DNA of 64,000 bases from Eledone cirrhosa (lineage: Eukaryota). How positions within the stretch are numbered: the stretch's first letter is position 1; each line of letters starts with the position of its first letter. The notes under the pieces are model-generated. The model saw only the letters and a program-made list of their open reading frames with translations, ran no database searches and was not told the DNA's origin. The stretch covers positions 83,700,001 through 83,764,000 of the forward strand of contig OZ024740.1 of the NCBI GenBank assembly GCA_964016885.1. The letters are read 5' to 3'. Both the position numbers and the translations under genes were made by a program. Below are positions 12,776 to 27,609 of the stretch, piece after piece.

Positions 12776-14990
12776 GTCTCAATTATTCCTGGGAGTGTCG
12801 TGGGGGAGGATTCCTCAAACAATCATTTCAACGCGTCCTGTCATAAGCGATTACCTCCAAAAGATCCAGTTCTATCCCCAAGCGAAACCAGTTAAGCTTA
12901 TGTCTGTTATCCGACCATCTTGCTCGGGGTCTATCCCTTGTTCTCCTGCCAGGTGTTTTTGCCCATGAAATGTTTCCAAGGATTCTTTGCTGAGACATGC
13001 TAACTACATGCCCATAGTATCGGAGCTGTGATATCTCAATTCAGAGAAGTAGCGGTTCTAACTCAAGTAACTCTCTGATCTTCGAGTCTCGCACTCTATC
13101 GAGTAACTCCATAACCCTTCGGGGGAACTCCATTTCGATCGTTTGTATTCGCTGTCGTATTCTTTCGGTCATTACCCAAGAGTCATGGCCATACGTAAAA
13201 GTTAGTACGAATACCGAATTGAAGATAGCGAGTTTGGCTTTTACATCGCTTCTTCTGATTACTGAATGCTGAATCTGACGCATTACTGCAACAACACCTG
13301 CAGTTCTTGCACTTAATTCACCACCGGCTTCATTGGAACTCCATTCACTTGTACAATGCATTGCGCAGGCCTCATTCTGAGGACTAGTATCTCAGTGTTC
13401 AATGTTTTGATTTTCATTCTAGCCAAGCATCACTCGGCATCAAACCTATCTAGTGTGAGTCGCAATTAAGTAACATCATGTCGATTGGAAATTCCAGCCG
13501 ACTGATTTTCCACCTGCCAGTCATGATACACTTCCATCCCGGCTGCTCATGTCAATTCAGTTCATGAAAATAATGAACAGAAGAGGTGACAGTATACCCC
13601 ATATCAACTGGATTCGATTTAGCACAATTTATCGGAACAAAAAGTACTCGGGCATTCGTATGGAGACATCAGGGCAACAAGTATATGACCATCGATCCCA
13701 TATTCCTGCAAAAGCAGTAAGCCACTTAATACTTTCTCTGTTTAAGTATTTTAACATCGTGGGATGAATTTCATCTTTCCCAGTGGTCTTCCGCATTTGA
13801 GTTCTTTAACTTCTCCACACCCTCCGAGAGATTAGTCACTGCTCCTAGATTCACCTCTTGTGCGTCAAAAGATGATGTTGTGATCGGGTTTAGGGGATCA
13901 GAAACGCATTCTATCTACCTCTCGATGATGCAGCTCGCTGAAGAGATTAGAAGCCAAGATGCCTTCCTGATAACAGGCGTGGTAGAGGACTTCTCATTAC
14001 TAAGTCGGTGGATGGTCTGCCAGAACTCTTTATTTGCTGATCTGAAGGCGGATTCCAGTTTAACACCAAACTTTTACCGTGTCTTATATTTGGACGCCTT
14101 TACTGTTTCTGCTGCAATTCTCTATTCCCGGGGGGACTTATGTCCAGGTCAGAGAGTTCGTAAGGGAGCAAATCTTGAAAGTTGAAACCTGGAACATCAC
14201 AACCCTTATAGGTAAAAAGCAAGAACTATTGCCAGAGGTTAGATGCTACCGGCTAGATATTGTCGGTATTGTCGGTTCCGTGGTTCTGATACGTTTGATT
14301 TGGATGAAGTGTGGAAACTCTACTAATGAGAAATGCCTGCACAGCAGGGAATGTGGATACTCATAAGCCCCTGGCTGCCAGAATGTGTTATGGACAGGAT
14401 CCCATTAGGACGCAGGAGTTGCTTCTTGAAGAGTAATCTGGGTAGTTAAAATTTATGCCCGTTTGAATACAGATCTTTCCTTGCTGAAATCACTGCAGTG
14501 TTATATGCAATTAAGACTGAATCATATATCTTGATAGGAGACATCTATGCACATGTTAGCACTGGCCACCTGACATGGAAAGTATTGAATGGAAGGATCA
14601 GCAACCCTGATCTAAATACGAATGGAGAGACCTTATTAGATTTCTGTTCTAGCAATGTACTCTTTATTTTGAACACCTTCTTCCAGCACAGAGGGATCCG
14701 TAAATATACGTAGTATGAGAGGAATAAATGTTATTGTCTCTGATCTCTTCGATTTTTTGCTGGATGTTCGGGTCAAGAGAGCGGCTGAGCTGTCAACAGC
14801 TCACAATCTAGCTATCTGCAACTTACGACTACCTGAAGGCAAAATGCCACAAAACTGGCAACATAGACTATAAAGTGGGAAGTGTTGGTGAATAACCATG
14901 TCCAAAATAGGTATTGCATCCAAATGCAAAGAACTCCCTGAGCAAACTGAATGCGTTGAAACAGAGTTGAGATTGTTTAGCTCTGCAGTG
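12776..14990. mobile_element. Decayed RTE-clade LINE with inverted 5' part (RT on -, endonuclease on +)
   Basis: Minus: KLAIFNSVFVLTFTYGHDSW..EMEF..DRVR. Plus: TWNITTL..YRLDIVGI and IGDIYAHV..NGETLLDFC..NTFFQH. Confidence 0.8.
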
Positions 14991-15465
14991 AAATGCTGCA
15001 GCCTCCCCTATACCTAATTAAATAATTCCGGCGAAGTACTACACTATAGACACCATGAAATCCTTTGTGATTTAGATTGTAAATGAAAGAAAGCATTTCC
15101 TTGTGATGAATTTACGAAATCTTCAGTTAACATTATTTCACTAAATAAATCGGACACGTCCTCTTGTCTTGGGTTTATATTGAGATAGTTTTGAACAAAA
15201 ACAATTCCGGACGTTGTTAGATGTAAATAATTTATGGTATATTCTAGCGACTTAACCCCAAGCAACCTTTCGAAAGATGACGATGCATCATTCTCATTAA
15301 TTTGTTCATTCTATCATTGGTTGTTAATTGCACATGGTGTGGTATACTGGTTAGGTCAACCTAGATCTGATATAGATATATAGAGAGTTTAAAATACTTA
15401 TGAAGTGAAGCTTATACAACAGAATTGATAATCACACATATATATATATATGTGTGTGTGTTTGT

Positions 15466-15551
<86 letters not shown>

Positions 15552-16250
15552 TACACCCACATTCATCTTTGATATAGACAATTGTTGAAGTTTTTCTTTA
15601 TAAATTTAAGATAGTTTATTCAGCTATTAAAAAAAATTGAAAAGCATCTGGCCATTATATTTTGCTATTAATTTACTCACCAAAGGCCGTCTATAGAAGA
15701 GCAGGAGGGCACTTTCACAAGCCCTTTCTAAAACCCTCCTTAAACACTCCAACCCATCCCAACCCCATTCTCAATTAACTATCTTGCTTGTACCATTCTC
15801 TATTTTTTTTCAACTCTTGTATGTATATATATATATCTAAACTATAATAAAGTAAGGAGCGCGGGACTGCGTACGGTTTATAATTTGTTATCCCATTTGT
15901 AAAATAAGTTGATTACTTTGAATAAATAATGAATGAATATTACATAATTTATCTACTAAATTTCGGGGCTTTTGTTTATTGAAAGATTCACTTCTTTTAA
16001 ACTTCTGAAATGTCATCACTTCCGGTTGGCCATCGCTTAACTAAACATACTAATTGACTGTCACTAATTTTCTCCTAATGCTGTTTATATATAATATCGT
16101 CTGTTTTAATGTATCATGGATTACATAAGACAGTGTAACGCAGTCTTCGTTCAATTTCTATGTATTATATATTGTCAATTACGAGTTTATTCATATCATA
16201 TCTACATGTATATATACCTGCGTATAATATCAATATACACACTACACATG

Positions 16251-16662
16251 CTAGCAGAAAACCACCCGTTTTAATTCGACGAATGCGAGAAAGTTCTCCA
16301 AAAACCGAATCGTGTCCGTGTGTCAGACTACTGTCATGTCAATCCACTGTCAGTCCACAGGGAAGTGGGATGGTGAAAATTCAATGGTGAAAAAATAAAG
16401 CAAACAGCGTTTCAACTCTGTGTGAGTATATGTGTGTATGTGTGAGAATGTATGTGTGTGTAAAAGGGAGGTATGTGAATGTTTGTGTGTGTGAGTATGT
16501 ATGTAGTGTAAAATATATTTATATTTAATATAGGTGAAAATTCTACGGTGAAAAAAAAAATCAAACAGCGTTTCAACTCTGTGTGAGTATATGTGTGTAA
16601 AAAGAAAGGTAAGTCTATGTTTGTGTAAAATATCTCTTTTCTCTCTATATATAAAACGGTAG
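16251..16662 (-). mobile_element. Possible nested non-autonomous Helitron
   Basis: Minus strand starts A|TCTAC and ends in a hairpin-like stretch plus CTAG; contains an internal duplication. Confidence 0.4.
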
Positions 16663-17377
16663 ATGTCTGTATGTGTGTGTGTATGATTTTTATGCATTTC
16701 CACATTTCTGCACCGATGTTGATGAATTTTTTTCTAATGTGCTCAAAATTTACCAGGGCAGGTCAACATGTAATTATTTTGCCAAACATGTCCTGCTTCT
16801 ATGAAAATAAATCGATTAAACTAAATACATGCTGTACCCTCTCTCTTACATGCTTCATTCCTCTCACTACTACCATTAAAAATATATGAAACTACATACA
16901 TGTTGCAACTCTCTTTAAAAGGTTCATATTTTCCTGTACTCCACTCTCAATCTCCTCTGTACCTCTCTTTAAAAGGTTCATCACTCTCTCTACTTCCCCC
17001 TCAATCTCCTCTGCAACTCTCTTTAAAAGGTTACTGCCTCCGTCTACTACCCTATCTACATTACAATTTAGAACGACAAAATTCTTTTGAAGTAACGCGA
17101 CACAATCTTTGAAACCTAAGCAACACAACAACCATAGCATTACTCTCTCCGTCGCTCTTTCCTCTCTCTACAATAGATTATTCCCCCTCTCTACAGTCAT
17201 AACAATTCTCATACATCAAATATCAAAATTTAAAAAGCCGATAACACTAAATACATACTACTCTCTCAGCGTTACATTTTACACACTTACATTTTACACA
17301 CTTACATTTTACATCAAATAACAAATATTCAAAAGCAACAGATGAATTTATAAAACAACAAAAGTAACAATAACGAC

Positions 17378-17670
17378 CTCTCTATAATTTAACTGTTTTA
17401 CTCTCTATGTCGCTCTTCACTCCCTATATGACAACACTGCAGAGAGAGAAACAATGTATATGATCAAATGGAGCGTTCCGTATATTCCCCCCTCTCTATA
17501 ATTTAACTGCTTTACTCTCTCTGTCTTTCATCACTCCCTATATGACAACACTGCAGAGAGAGAAACAATGTATATGATCAAATGGAGCGTTCCGTATATT
17601 CCCCCTCTCTATAATTTAACTACTTTACTCTCTCTGACGCTCTTCACTCCCTATATGACAACACTGCAGT
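17378..17670. repeat. About 113-bp tandem repeat (about 2.6 copies) in the Helitron 5' region
   Basis: Units begin ctctctataatttaact at about 17378, 17491 and 17604. Confidence 0.9.
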
Positions 17671-20600
17671 CGAGCGTTCCGTATTGAGCGTTCCGTATTG
17701 GCATACGGTTTATCTGGGGCATTTTCAATCGGCTTATTGCAAATAACAACCCGCAAAATAACACTTCATATAACAGATTAATGCTATAGACACATGTATC
17801 GGAATGTAACCCGTGAACTTTTTCCTGGGCAAAATTATTCGAACAGACATGACCTCATTGCCAGAGTGTTCAGACTGAAACTGGCTAAATTCATGGCTTT
17901 AATCAAAAAGGTCGGGTATTTGGGGCTGTAAAATGTGACATGTTCACCGTCGAATGGCAAAAACGAGGGCTGCCACATGCTCACATTTTGATTTGGTTAG
18001 CTGATAAAATCAATTCAAATGCCATAGACAGCTTCATTTTGGCTGAAATCCCATGACCAGGAGTTACATGACATCGTCAAAGCTAACATGGTCCGTGTGC
18101 GTCGGGTCCTAATGAGCATCACACGTGTCTGAAAGGGGGGTCGTGCAGTAAGGAATGCCCCAAAAAATTTGGTGACGAGACTCAGACTGGTGGCGATGGC
18201 GGAGATAGCTCGAGAACGGTGGCTTCACCACAACAGTAAAGGGAGGTCAAGTCGACAATAGATGGGTGGTCCCTTACTGCCCGCTTCTCTTGAAGATGTT
18301 AAACGCCCACATCAACGTTGAGTTTTGTACATAAGGGCTCTGGTGAGGTCACATAATACCTGGCGGGGCGGTACATCAGTAGCAATGAAGCTTTTTGGCG
18401 CCTATTTGGTTTCCCCCTACACCAACGGCACCCCTCCATCGCACAGCTTGCGGTACATTTGGTACTTTATGGACCAAACCACCGCCAAGCTGGCCGCCGC
18501 TCCGAAAGAGACCACTCTGACAGGTTTCTCCAAACTTTGCCAGTTCGATACATTTGCGCCAACAATTGTGTACCCCCAGGTTCCATCCGACTTTATGTGG
18601 TCGAAAAACACTTGTGTGCGAAGAAAGTCAGGTCAGGCTGTTGAAAGACATCCTGGTGTAAAATGTAACAGTTGTCTTGGAAGGGTTTACACTGTGCCCC
18701 CAAGTCAGCATGAGTGCTTTCATCTCCACCTTCTTCTGCATGAACTTGTAGGCCCACAAAGTTTTCAGGACTTCAAAACTGTTGATGGAGAAATATGTAC
18801 CGGGAAGCCTGCTTTAAGCGTGGTCTTTTGGAAGATGATTCGCAATGGGATTCCACTTTAGCAGAAGGTGCTTTGTTGAAATCACCTAAAGGTCTACGGG
18901 AACTCTTTGCTATTTTGCTTCAAAAGTGTGGATTGGGTGATCCCAAATCTTTATGGCTCAAGTACAGAGACTTCATGTCTGAGGATTTACTGCGCCTGGC
19001 TCATCTGCAGTATCCTTCAGCGGAAGTTGCTTACATCGGCATTATCTACAACAGGGCACTCATTGATATCGAGGACGCCCTCCTCGACATGGGTTTGAGT
19101 GAGTTGGCGATGTATGGCTTGCCGTCAACCGTCACAGATGAAGCTAACACATTGGCCCTGGATTTGTTGCGGGAAACAGCATATGTCATCGAATCTCTTT
19201 CCCAATACTTAAAGGAAAATGAGCCCAAACGTCTGTCGGACCAAAGGTTGGCCTATTTAACTATCATTGACGCGGTTCAAAATCAGACTGGGGGTATTTA
19301 CTTTCTCGTTGCTTCTGGTGGTACCGGAAACCTTGTGTAACAAAATTGATTCCTGCTAAGATTTGTCAGGAGAAAAAAATTGCGTTGACCGTTGCATCGT
19401 CCGGGATCGCTGCTACTTTGCTGCCGAGAGGCAGGACAGCACATTCAACCTTTAAACTCCTGTTCGATTTAGTAAAAACTGAGACACCAACAGGCAATAT
19501 CAGCAAGAGCTCACACGAAGCTCTGGTTCTCAAAAGATGTTGCCTCATTGTTTGGTATTAGTGCACCATGGCACACAAGGGTACCCTTGAGGCATTGACA
19601 GTACCCTAAAAAACATTAGGGATTCTACGGCTCGTATGGGTGGCGTAACCCTTCTGCTATCAGGGGATTTTCGGCGAACGCTGCCCGTCATGCCCAAAGG
19701 GACAAGAGCTGATGAAGTGCGTGCCTGCCTTAAATCGTCCACGTTGTGGCTCCAGGTGAAGAGTTTGTACCTTAGCAGAAATATGCGTGCTCATTTGCAT
19801 GGTGACAACATGTCTGCAGTATTTGCACAGAACATTTTAGCACTTGGTGAGGGCAAGGTCCATGTGGATGACAAGGGCGACATAGCAATCGACTCTCTGT
19901 GCAACATTGTGAGCAGCCCTTCTGACCTTTGGGGGGCAGTTTTTCCTAATGTCTCATCTAACTTTAAAAACTTCGATTGGCTCAGTGAAAGATCCATCCT
20001 TGCTCCGAAAAATGCCATAGTTAATTTTATTAAGAGCAGCTAATCGCGAAAATTTCCGGTAAAGAGCAATTCTTCAAATCTATCGACCGGACGTCAGACC
20101 CCGACGATATCATTAATTATCCGGTTGAGTTATTAAATTCCCTTGAGCCTCCAGGACTCCCACCTCACATTCTTAAGCTTAGGGATGGCTGTCCCATTAT
20201 GCTAATAAGGAACTTGCGCCCACCAAAGCAGTGCAACGGTACTCGCATGGTCGTCAAGTCAATGACGCCCCACTTGATTGAGGCCACCATTGTAACGGGA
20301 TGTGGGAGAGGGGAGAATGTTTTCATTCCAAGGATGAACCTTTTCCCCTCGGCGTCGGATATCCTGTTCGATTTCCGGCGATCCCAATTCCCGATGAGAC
20401 CAGATTTTGCCATGTCCATTAACAAGTCACAAAGGCAAATATTGTCGGTGGCGGGCATCCATTTGGGGGAGCCATGCTTCTCCCATGGTCAACTTTATGT
20501 TGCCTGTTCCAACGTAGGGAGCAGGAATGCACTTTTTGCTTACACTCCTCAGGGGATGACACGCAATATCGTTTACAAAGAGGTGCTATAGATGTTGGTG

Positions 20601-21899
20601 CAGGTGTTGGAGGTGTTGGAGCTATGCCGTCTGGTAGGGTCACCCATGGCGGACAGATGTGACACCCAGCGGTATCAGGGCCACCATCTTGCAACTTTGG
20701 TCTGCTAAATTCGCTATTGGAAGATTATTAACCCATCATTGATTGGCCAAAATGCTAATTGGTTCGTAACTTGTAATAATCGGCTCAACTGCTTTATGCA
20801 TTTAATTGATAAGCTTATTCGCTTTCAAGCCACGTTTACCTGTATGTAACTTTTCATAGCAAATGAATAAACCAGAGCAACGCCGGGCTAAACTGCTAGT
20901 ATTTATATATAATATTTGTGTGGGTGTATATGCCTTTGTGTATGTTTATTTAGAAAGATACCTAGACAATAGAATTACAGACATACATATATGTTTACAC
21001 ATACATATATATAAACAGACACATTTAAAACAATTATTATTACACATACACACATTTATATGTTGAGTTGGAAGGAAGAGGGCTGTGACAAAGCATAGAA
21101 AACAGCGAACAGCGTTCGCTACACCTGTATTACTCATACATATGCACACACACATACACATGCACATACTCACACGCACACATACATACTCACACATACT
21201 GTATGTGCGTGCATGTAACAATTATTTTCTCTAATGAATAAAACAGCGAACAGCGTTACTCATACATATGCACACACACACACACACATACACACACACA
21301 CACACATACAGATACACACACATACACACATACTCACACACGTACATGTGTGTGTATGTAATAATTATTTTCTCTCATGAGTCAGTTTATGAATATGTTT
21401 CTGTAGATGTGTGTGTATGTAATAATTATTGTTAACCGGCGTTCTGTCAGTAACTATACACAAGCAAACCAGCGTTCTTTCACTAAGTAAAATCAATAGC
21501 ATATGTTTTCGCCATGGAAGCAATCGACACAAATTCATTTCACAACAGTGTCATTTCATAAAATTACGATATCAATATTAATACAGCGCATCATAATGAT
21601 AACCCTTTCAATGCAACTACTAACTTAAACAACAATAATATTGATGATGTAAGACACATTTCAAATAGCTCAGAAAGAATGCACCGACAGAGAAAGGAAA
21701 TGAATGAAGAAGCGAAAGAAATTTAGAGAGCAAGAAATCGAGAGTATCAAAGACAAAGACGGGAAAGGGTCTCAATTCAAAGGAGAAATGAAATTAAAGA
21801 AGGAAACATATTAGCTCTCCAAGAGTTGTGAGGAAATTTGACAGAAAAAAGAAAAGATAAAATAAGAGAGGAAAATAGAATTCCTCACAATGAAGGAAG

Positions 21900-24800
21900 A
21901 TATTCTCAGTCTAGGGAGGGACAGAAAATTGTAACTCAAGTAAAAAGATCAAGGTAAATTCAACTACGTAGTTCTGTTGAATCATTTACAAATGCAGCAT
22001 TTGAATATGATCCAAGAAAAAGTTATGATAATCTATCAAATTTAGGAACAAATTCAGCAGTCTGTAACCATTGCAGTGCATAACTATTTAAAGATGAACC
22101 TAGGGGTTTATGTTGTTCACACGGTAAAGTTAAATGGAATTTAATTGAAAGACCACCTGAACCTTTAACAACACTAATGCACGGGATTCCAAAAACTTAA
22201 AGAATATACGAAATTATAATGAATTATTTTTAATGACAACCTTTGGGGTCTCTGCCGAGATTCTTTAAAATACAAGATCAAACTTATCACAGAATAAGTT
22301 CAGAATGCTGTTGATAATATTCCTAAATATGCTGAACTTTAATTTATTGATGATTTAAATGAACAAATTAATATCAGAAATAGTAGGTTTCCTGAAACAC
22401 ACTTACACACTATAAGCCATATCCAAGAGATGCTTTTGGAAAATAGTGAGCTTCTCAGACAAATTAAAACTATGGTATCTTCTGTTAACAGTCCAAATCT
22501 TCAATTGTCAATTTGTGTAGATAGAGTACCAGCTGGTGAGCACACACAAAGGTACAATGATCGAATATCTAACAATTAGGTATTAGTAATGTTTGGAACT
22601 GAATTTACACGAAGAAACATCATTTTTACTTATAAAGATAACACTGTAAAGAAAATCAATGAATGACATAGACCCTATGAGCCATTACAATATCGTTTGA
22701 TTCATTGGAGAGGAAATAATGGCTGTTCGTTGGATTTATCCTTATATAACCCAAATACAAATCAAACAGTCCCAAATAAGAACGTTTCATACAGGCAATA
22801 TTATGCCTTTACAACTAAGAAATACATGGAATCAAATTGTAAGATGTAAACGATTGTTCCAAATGTATTTAGTTCATATGTATGCCAGAATTGAGTTTGA
22901 ACGGTTATTGTACATTAAACATCACCAAAACAAGCTAAAGGTCGAAGAGTATTCGCTTTTACAAGATTCTCTAAATAATGAAGGTGTACTCAATGCACAA
23001 GAATTAGGTAGGGCCGTAATTTTACCTTCTGCTTTTGTTGGAAGTCCAAGATATTGGGAGGAAAAGCTCAAGATCGAATGTGTTATGAAAGAGAATACGG
23101 TTGGCCTGATGTGTTTATAATATTCACTTGCAATCCTAAATGGAATGAAATCATGGAGAACTTATACAAAGGTCAAAATCCCGAAGATAGATACGACATA
23201 ATTGCAAGAGTTTTTAACCAAAAGTTAAACAAAATGATGAAAATATTGGTTGGTGAGGGAGGTGGAACAATTAGCAAAACAAAACCCTGTATACAGTAGA
23301 ATGGCAGAAAAGAGGCTCACCACATGCTCATATCTTACTTTGGTTAGAGCAAAAAAGTTATCCAAATCAATTAGATTCAGTAATCTCTGCAGAAATTCCC
23401 ATTCCAAATAATGATTCTAATCTTTATGATATTGTTACTATACAATTGGTCCATGGTCCGTGTGGTTTAATAAATCTGCAATGTCCATGTATGAATGATG
23501 CAAAATGTGAGAAAATTTACCCAAAATTTTAATTAATGAAACCAGGACAGATGTCAGGGGGTATCCCTTATATAGACAGAAAAAAACAGATGCAGGAAGT
23601 ACAGCAACAATAACAAGAAACTCTAAAACATACACAATTGACAATAGGTGGATTGTACCTTACAATCCATTACTTTTGAAAGTATTTAAAGGCTACATCA
23701 ATGTTGAGCTTTGTTCCTCTTTTCAAGAGTATATATAATTAAGTACTTTAATAAAAGTAACGATGATGCTGTTCTAAGAATACGGAATAATGACTAATAT
23801 AATGAAGTCAATAAGTTTGTAACAGGGTGTTATCTCAATAGTAATGAGGCTGCATGGAACATCATTCAATTTAATATTCACATGCGATACCCAGCTGTTC
23901 AAAAATGGGATATACAATAATGCTGAATGTAGAATTAGAAATACCAAAAATACAACTTTATTTTCGTTCTTCAAATTGAACGAAACTGACGAATATGCAA
24001 GAGGATTCTTATATAAGGACCTTCCATCTCATTATACCCTTACTTCAAATAAAACATGGAAAAGAAGAGTGAATGGTAGATTGTGCAAACATATTCTAGA
24101 ATTTACACTGTACCAACTAATCAAACAGAATGCTATTGTCTGAGATTATTACTGAACGTAGTTAGAGGTCCAAAATCTTTCAGAGACGTAAAAACACATG
24201 AGGTTATTGTCTATAATACATTTATAGAAGCATGTTTGGCAAGGGAATTGTTAGATGGCAATCATCTAAAACTAGCACTTAGAGAAACTGTTTCTACCAA
24301 ACTGCCATGCCAATTGACATACTTAATTACAATAATTCATTGTAATCCTTGAAATCCTGGAACATTGAATGAAGAATTTAAACAACCAATGTCAGTTGAT
24401 ATTCTAAATCGATTGACAATCAACAAGAATAAATAAATGATGAAGAAATATTATACAGTGAACTTTTTCACAAACTTAAGGCTCTTTTATATGAAAGAAG
24501 ACAAAAGTCTTTCATTGAAATAGGACTACCTGAAACAACTTATGAAGAGCTAGAAGTAAACAATATTGAGTAAATGAACACTTAGAAATAAGAAATATTG
24601 TAAATGTGAATTAATCATTGTAGAATGAAGAACAAAGATTTATTTACACTACAATCAACGATTCAATAATCAATATAAATGAACAAACATTATAATTTTT
24701 AGATGTTTCAGGTAGAACTGGAAAAAAATGTTTGATCAATCTTTTACTAGCAAAGAATAAAATGAATGGTTCTATTAGTATAGCCGTTGCTTCTTCAGGA

Positions 24801-26133
24801 ATAGCAACAACCTTAATAGGTAATGGAAAAACAGTACATTCAATGTTTAATTTACCATGTTCATCATCAATACTTGATGAATTTACAACATCAATTACAA
24901 AAAATATTCGAATCTGGATAACCTTAGAAAATTGTAATTTATTAGTATAGGATGAACTTACAATGTCACACAAAACGATTTTAGAGGTTGTGGATAAAAC
25001 ATTGAAAGAGATTAAAAAGTATAATTTGTCTTTTGGTGGTATTACTGTTTTAGACAAATACTTCCAGTAGTACCAAGAGTACAAAAGCAGATGGTCCTTA
25101 TTCCACAAATTGTCATAAAGAATTAATATGAGGTTGCATATCCTAAAAGATAATCACTTACAGGACTTTGCAAGTAGACTATTAGAAATAGGATAAAATA
25201 AAGTAGCAGTAATACACTGGGTAATTGCTGTCCTTGTGCCAAAAGTAGAAACAATTATTACCAGTGGGAAATAGAGTTGAGAGTGAAATTGATTTGGAAA
25301 CAGTTATTACACTATTAATTACACCAATACAGAATGGATGCCAGGCAGAATAATTTTAGCTGCTAAAAATTATAATGTTGATGCTATTAATATGCGATTA
25401 CTTTACAAATTAGAAGAACATAGATTAATGAAGGAGTACATTTTCCGGTTGATTAGAATTATAGGGATTTCCACCACCTGAAGTTAATTTGAAGAAAGGA
25501 GCTCCAATTATTTGTTTGAGTATTTTTACAAACTCCAAAATTATGCAACGGAACGAGGTTAATAATGTAATCCCTTACAAATAATGTAATTGAAGCAAAA
25601 ATACTAAACGGAATGTACAAAAATGAATTGGTATTATTACCAAGAATTGAATTACTTGCAGAGAGGAGCCAGTAAGGTTTAAAAGATTACAATTTCTTGA
25701 TAAACTATCTTTTGTTATGACAATAAATAAATCACAAGGTCAACATTTAATAAAGTGGGTATCAATCTTAGAAATGAAGTTTTTTCTCATGCACAATTAC
25801 CTCTATCAGAGATACTAAAAATCTTTATTATTACTAATGTACTGGGTAATTGCTGGCCTTGTGCCAAAAGTAGAAACAATTATTACACAGAAGTTGGATT
25901 GGCAGTATTGGTAGAGTGTCGGACGCCTGCTTTGCAGCACAGATATATGACACTTTACGGTCTGAGTTACAAATGCCGCGGAGGTTATGAAATGCTTTTC
26001 ATCCTTATGGGTCGATAAAATAAAGTACCAGTAATGCATTGGAATAATTGCTGGCATTGTGCCAAATGTAGTAACAATTATTACACAGAAGATAAAAAAA
26101 CTAAAAACATTGTTTATGATGAAGTTCTTTAGA
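21900..26133 (+). mobile_element. Second, AT-rich, heavily decayed Helitron
   Basis: ILPSAFVGSPRY; FTCNPKW; EWQKRGSPHAHIL; LLLNVVRGPKSF; VASSGIATTL..KTVHSMF; NGTR; NKSQGQ; ends TKNIVYDEVL*. Confidence 0.9.
25840..26091 (+). mobile_element. SINE inserted at the ATT tail of another SINE fragment
   Basis: TSD attattacacagaag at 25879-25893 and 26077-26091. A further SINE tail lies at about 25210-25262. Confidence 0.8.
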
Positions 26134-26783
26134 TATAAAAAAACAAAATTAAATGAAAAGTTAAACCAAAACTGTAAAAAAAATAATATAATTAATCGGA
26201 CGATTTCAAATAAAACATTATAATCGCTACTGATGCAATTTTATCAATATTATGTTTTGTTGAATATAATATTCTGAAGAGAGGTTATTGTTAAATTAAT
26301 TTAATATATATATATTTTTTTCATTTAAATTCTTATATACATTATTTATATTCGAGCAGCAAGGTCTTTTTTTACTATAATGCATTTCATAATTTCACCA
26401 TTGAGTATTATGTTTTTCAAATATTTTTCATTCTTTCGGTAATCACCATAATCAATTTCAACTTCTTGAATTATTTTCCATATTCTGAACAGTAAGCATT
26501 TTCCAAAGGAGATCAACTGGATTTGTCTATTAATGTAATAAATAATAATATAAGGAAAATGTCCCAGCAAGGTTATCGTTAAATTAATTTATTATTATCT
26601 TTTTTCATTTGAATTGTTATTTACATTATTTATATTTGAGCGCCAAGTACATTTTTATTATAATTCATTTCAGTCCACTTCTGATCAAGGAAGATGGGGA
26701 AAAACTTACTCCAACACTTAACTTTAAATTTTTAATTTTTAGTTTTTAATTCGTATTAATTCTTTTTAATTGTAATACTCAAC

Positions 26784-26825
26784 ATTTGATGAGATAAATG
26801 TTAATAATAGATCGAAACTGGTAAT
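26784..26825 (+). ncRNA. Minimal hammerhead motif (UUGAUGA core)
   Basis: at-TTGATGA-gat..atc-GAAAC-tg-GTA-at; stem I is weak. Confidence 0.5.
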
Positions 26826-27035
26826 ACTTTATATACTTTATATATATTATAAAACTCTTTTATATACTTTATATACTTTATATATATTATAAAACTCTTT
26901 TTTAAAAGAATTGTCCGTCTCATTTTTTCAATAATGTCATCTTTTCTCTTTTCAATAATGTCACTTTGAGGAATCAAAGAAGGGAAAAAAAAAAGAAAAA
27001 CACTGTTTTGTATAGAACCTTACTTCCCTTTTCTA

Positions 27036-27191
<156 letters not shown>

Positions 27192-27391
27192 CAAGTGGAA
27201 GCTTAGGGAACTCGAGGCTTTGGCTGTGGCCAAGCAAAGTCGACCTACAAAGCTATGAGCTAGCAAAGCACTCAATAAGTAGGTCCTTAGAGTAATAACA
27301 TACGTTTAAATAGCTTGACAAATTTAACATTGCGGTTGGCAAAACCCAAGCACACAATACCAGAGTAACGAAAGAACTAACAGGTTAATAA

Positions 27392-27500
<109 letters not shown>

Positions 27501-27609
27501 GGGAAGTAAGGTTCTATACAAAACAGTCGATATAGAGAAAAGGTGAAGTTGGAAATTGCACGCAAAATATATTTTAGGGTCTGATATATATATATATATA
27601 TATATATCA

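Larger units (their letters stand above)
15836..20899 (+). mobile_element. Helitron (Rep-helicase), decayed
   Basis: Rep motif EWQKRGLPHAHIL (about 17952); PIF1 helicase motifs VASSGIAATLL..RTAHSTF, GDFRRTLPV, NGTR, INKSQ, FSHGQLYVAC. 3' hairpin + CTAG|T at 20896-20899. 5' A|TC at 15836 is tentative. Confidence 0.9.

Noticed and set aside
15044-15265. 73-aa ORF as a possible host exon
   Set aside because: No recognisable domain or supported splice structure.
17378-17670. Regular repeats as a CRISPR array
   Set aside because: Plain tandem units without unique spacers; eukaryotic context, no cas genes.
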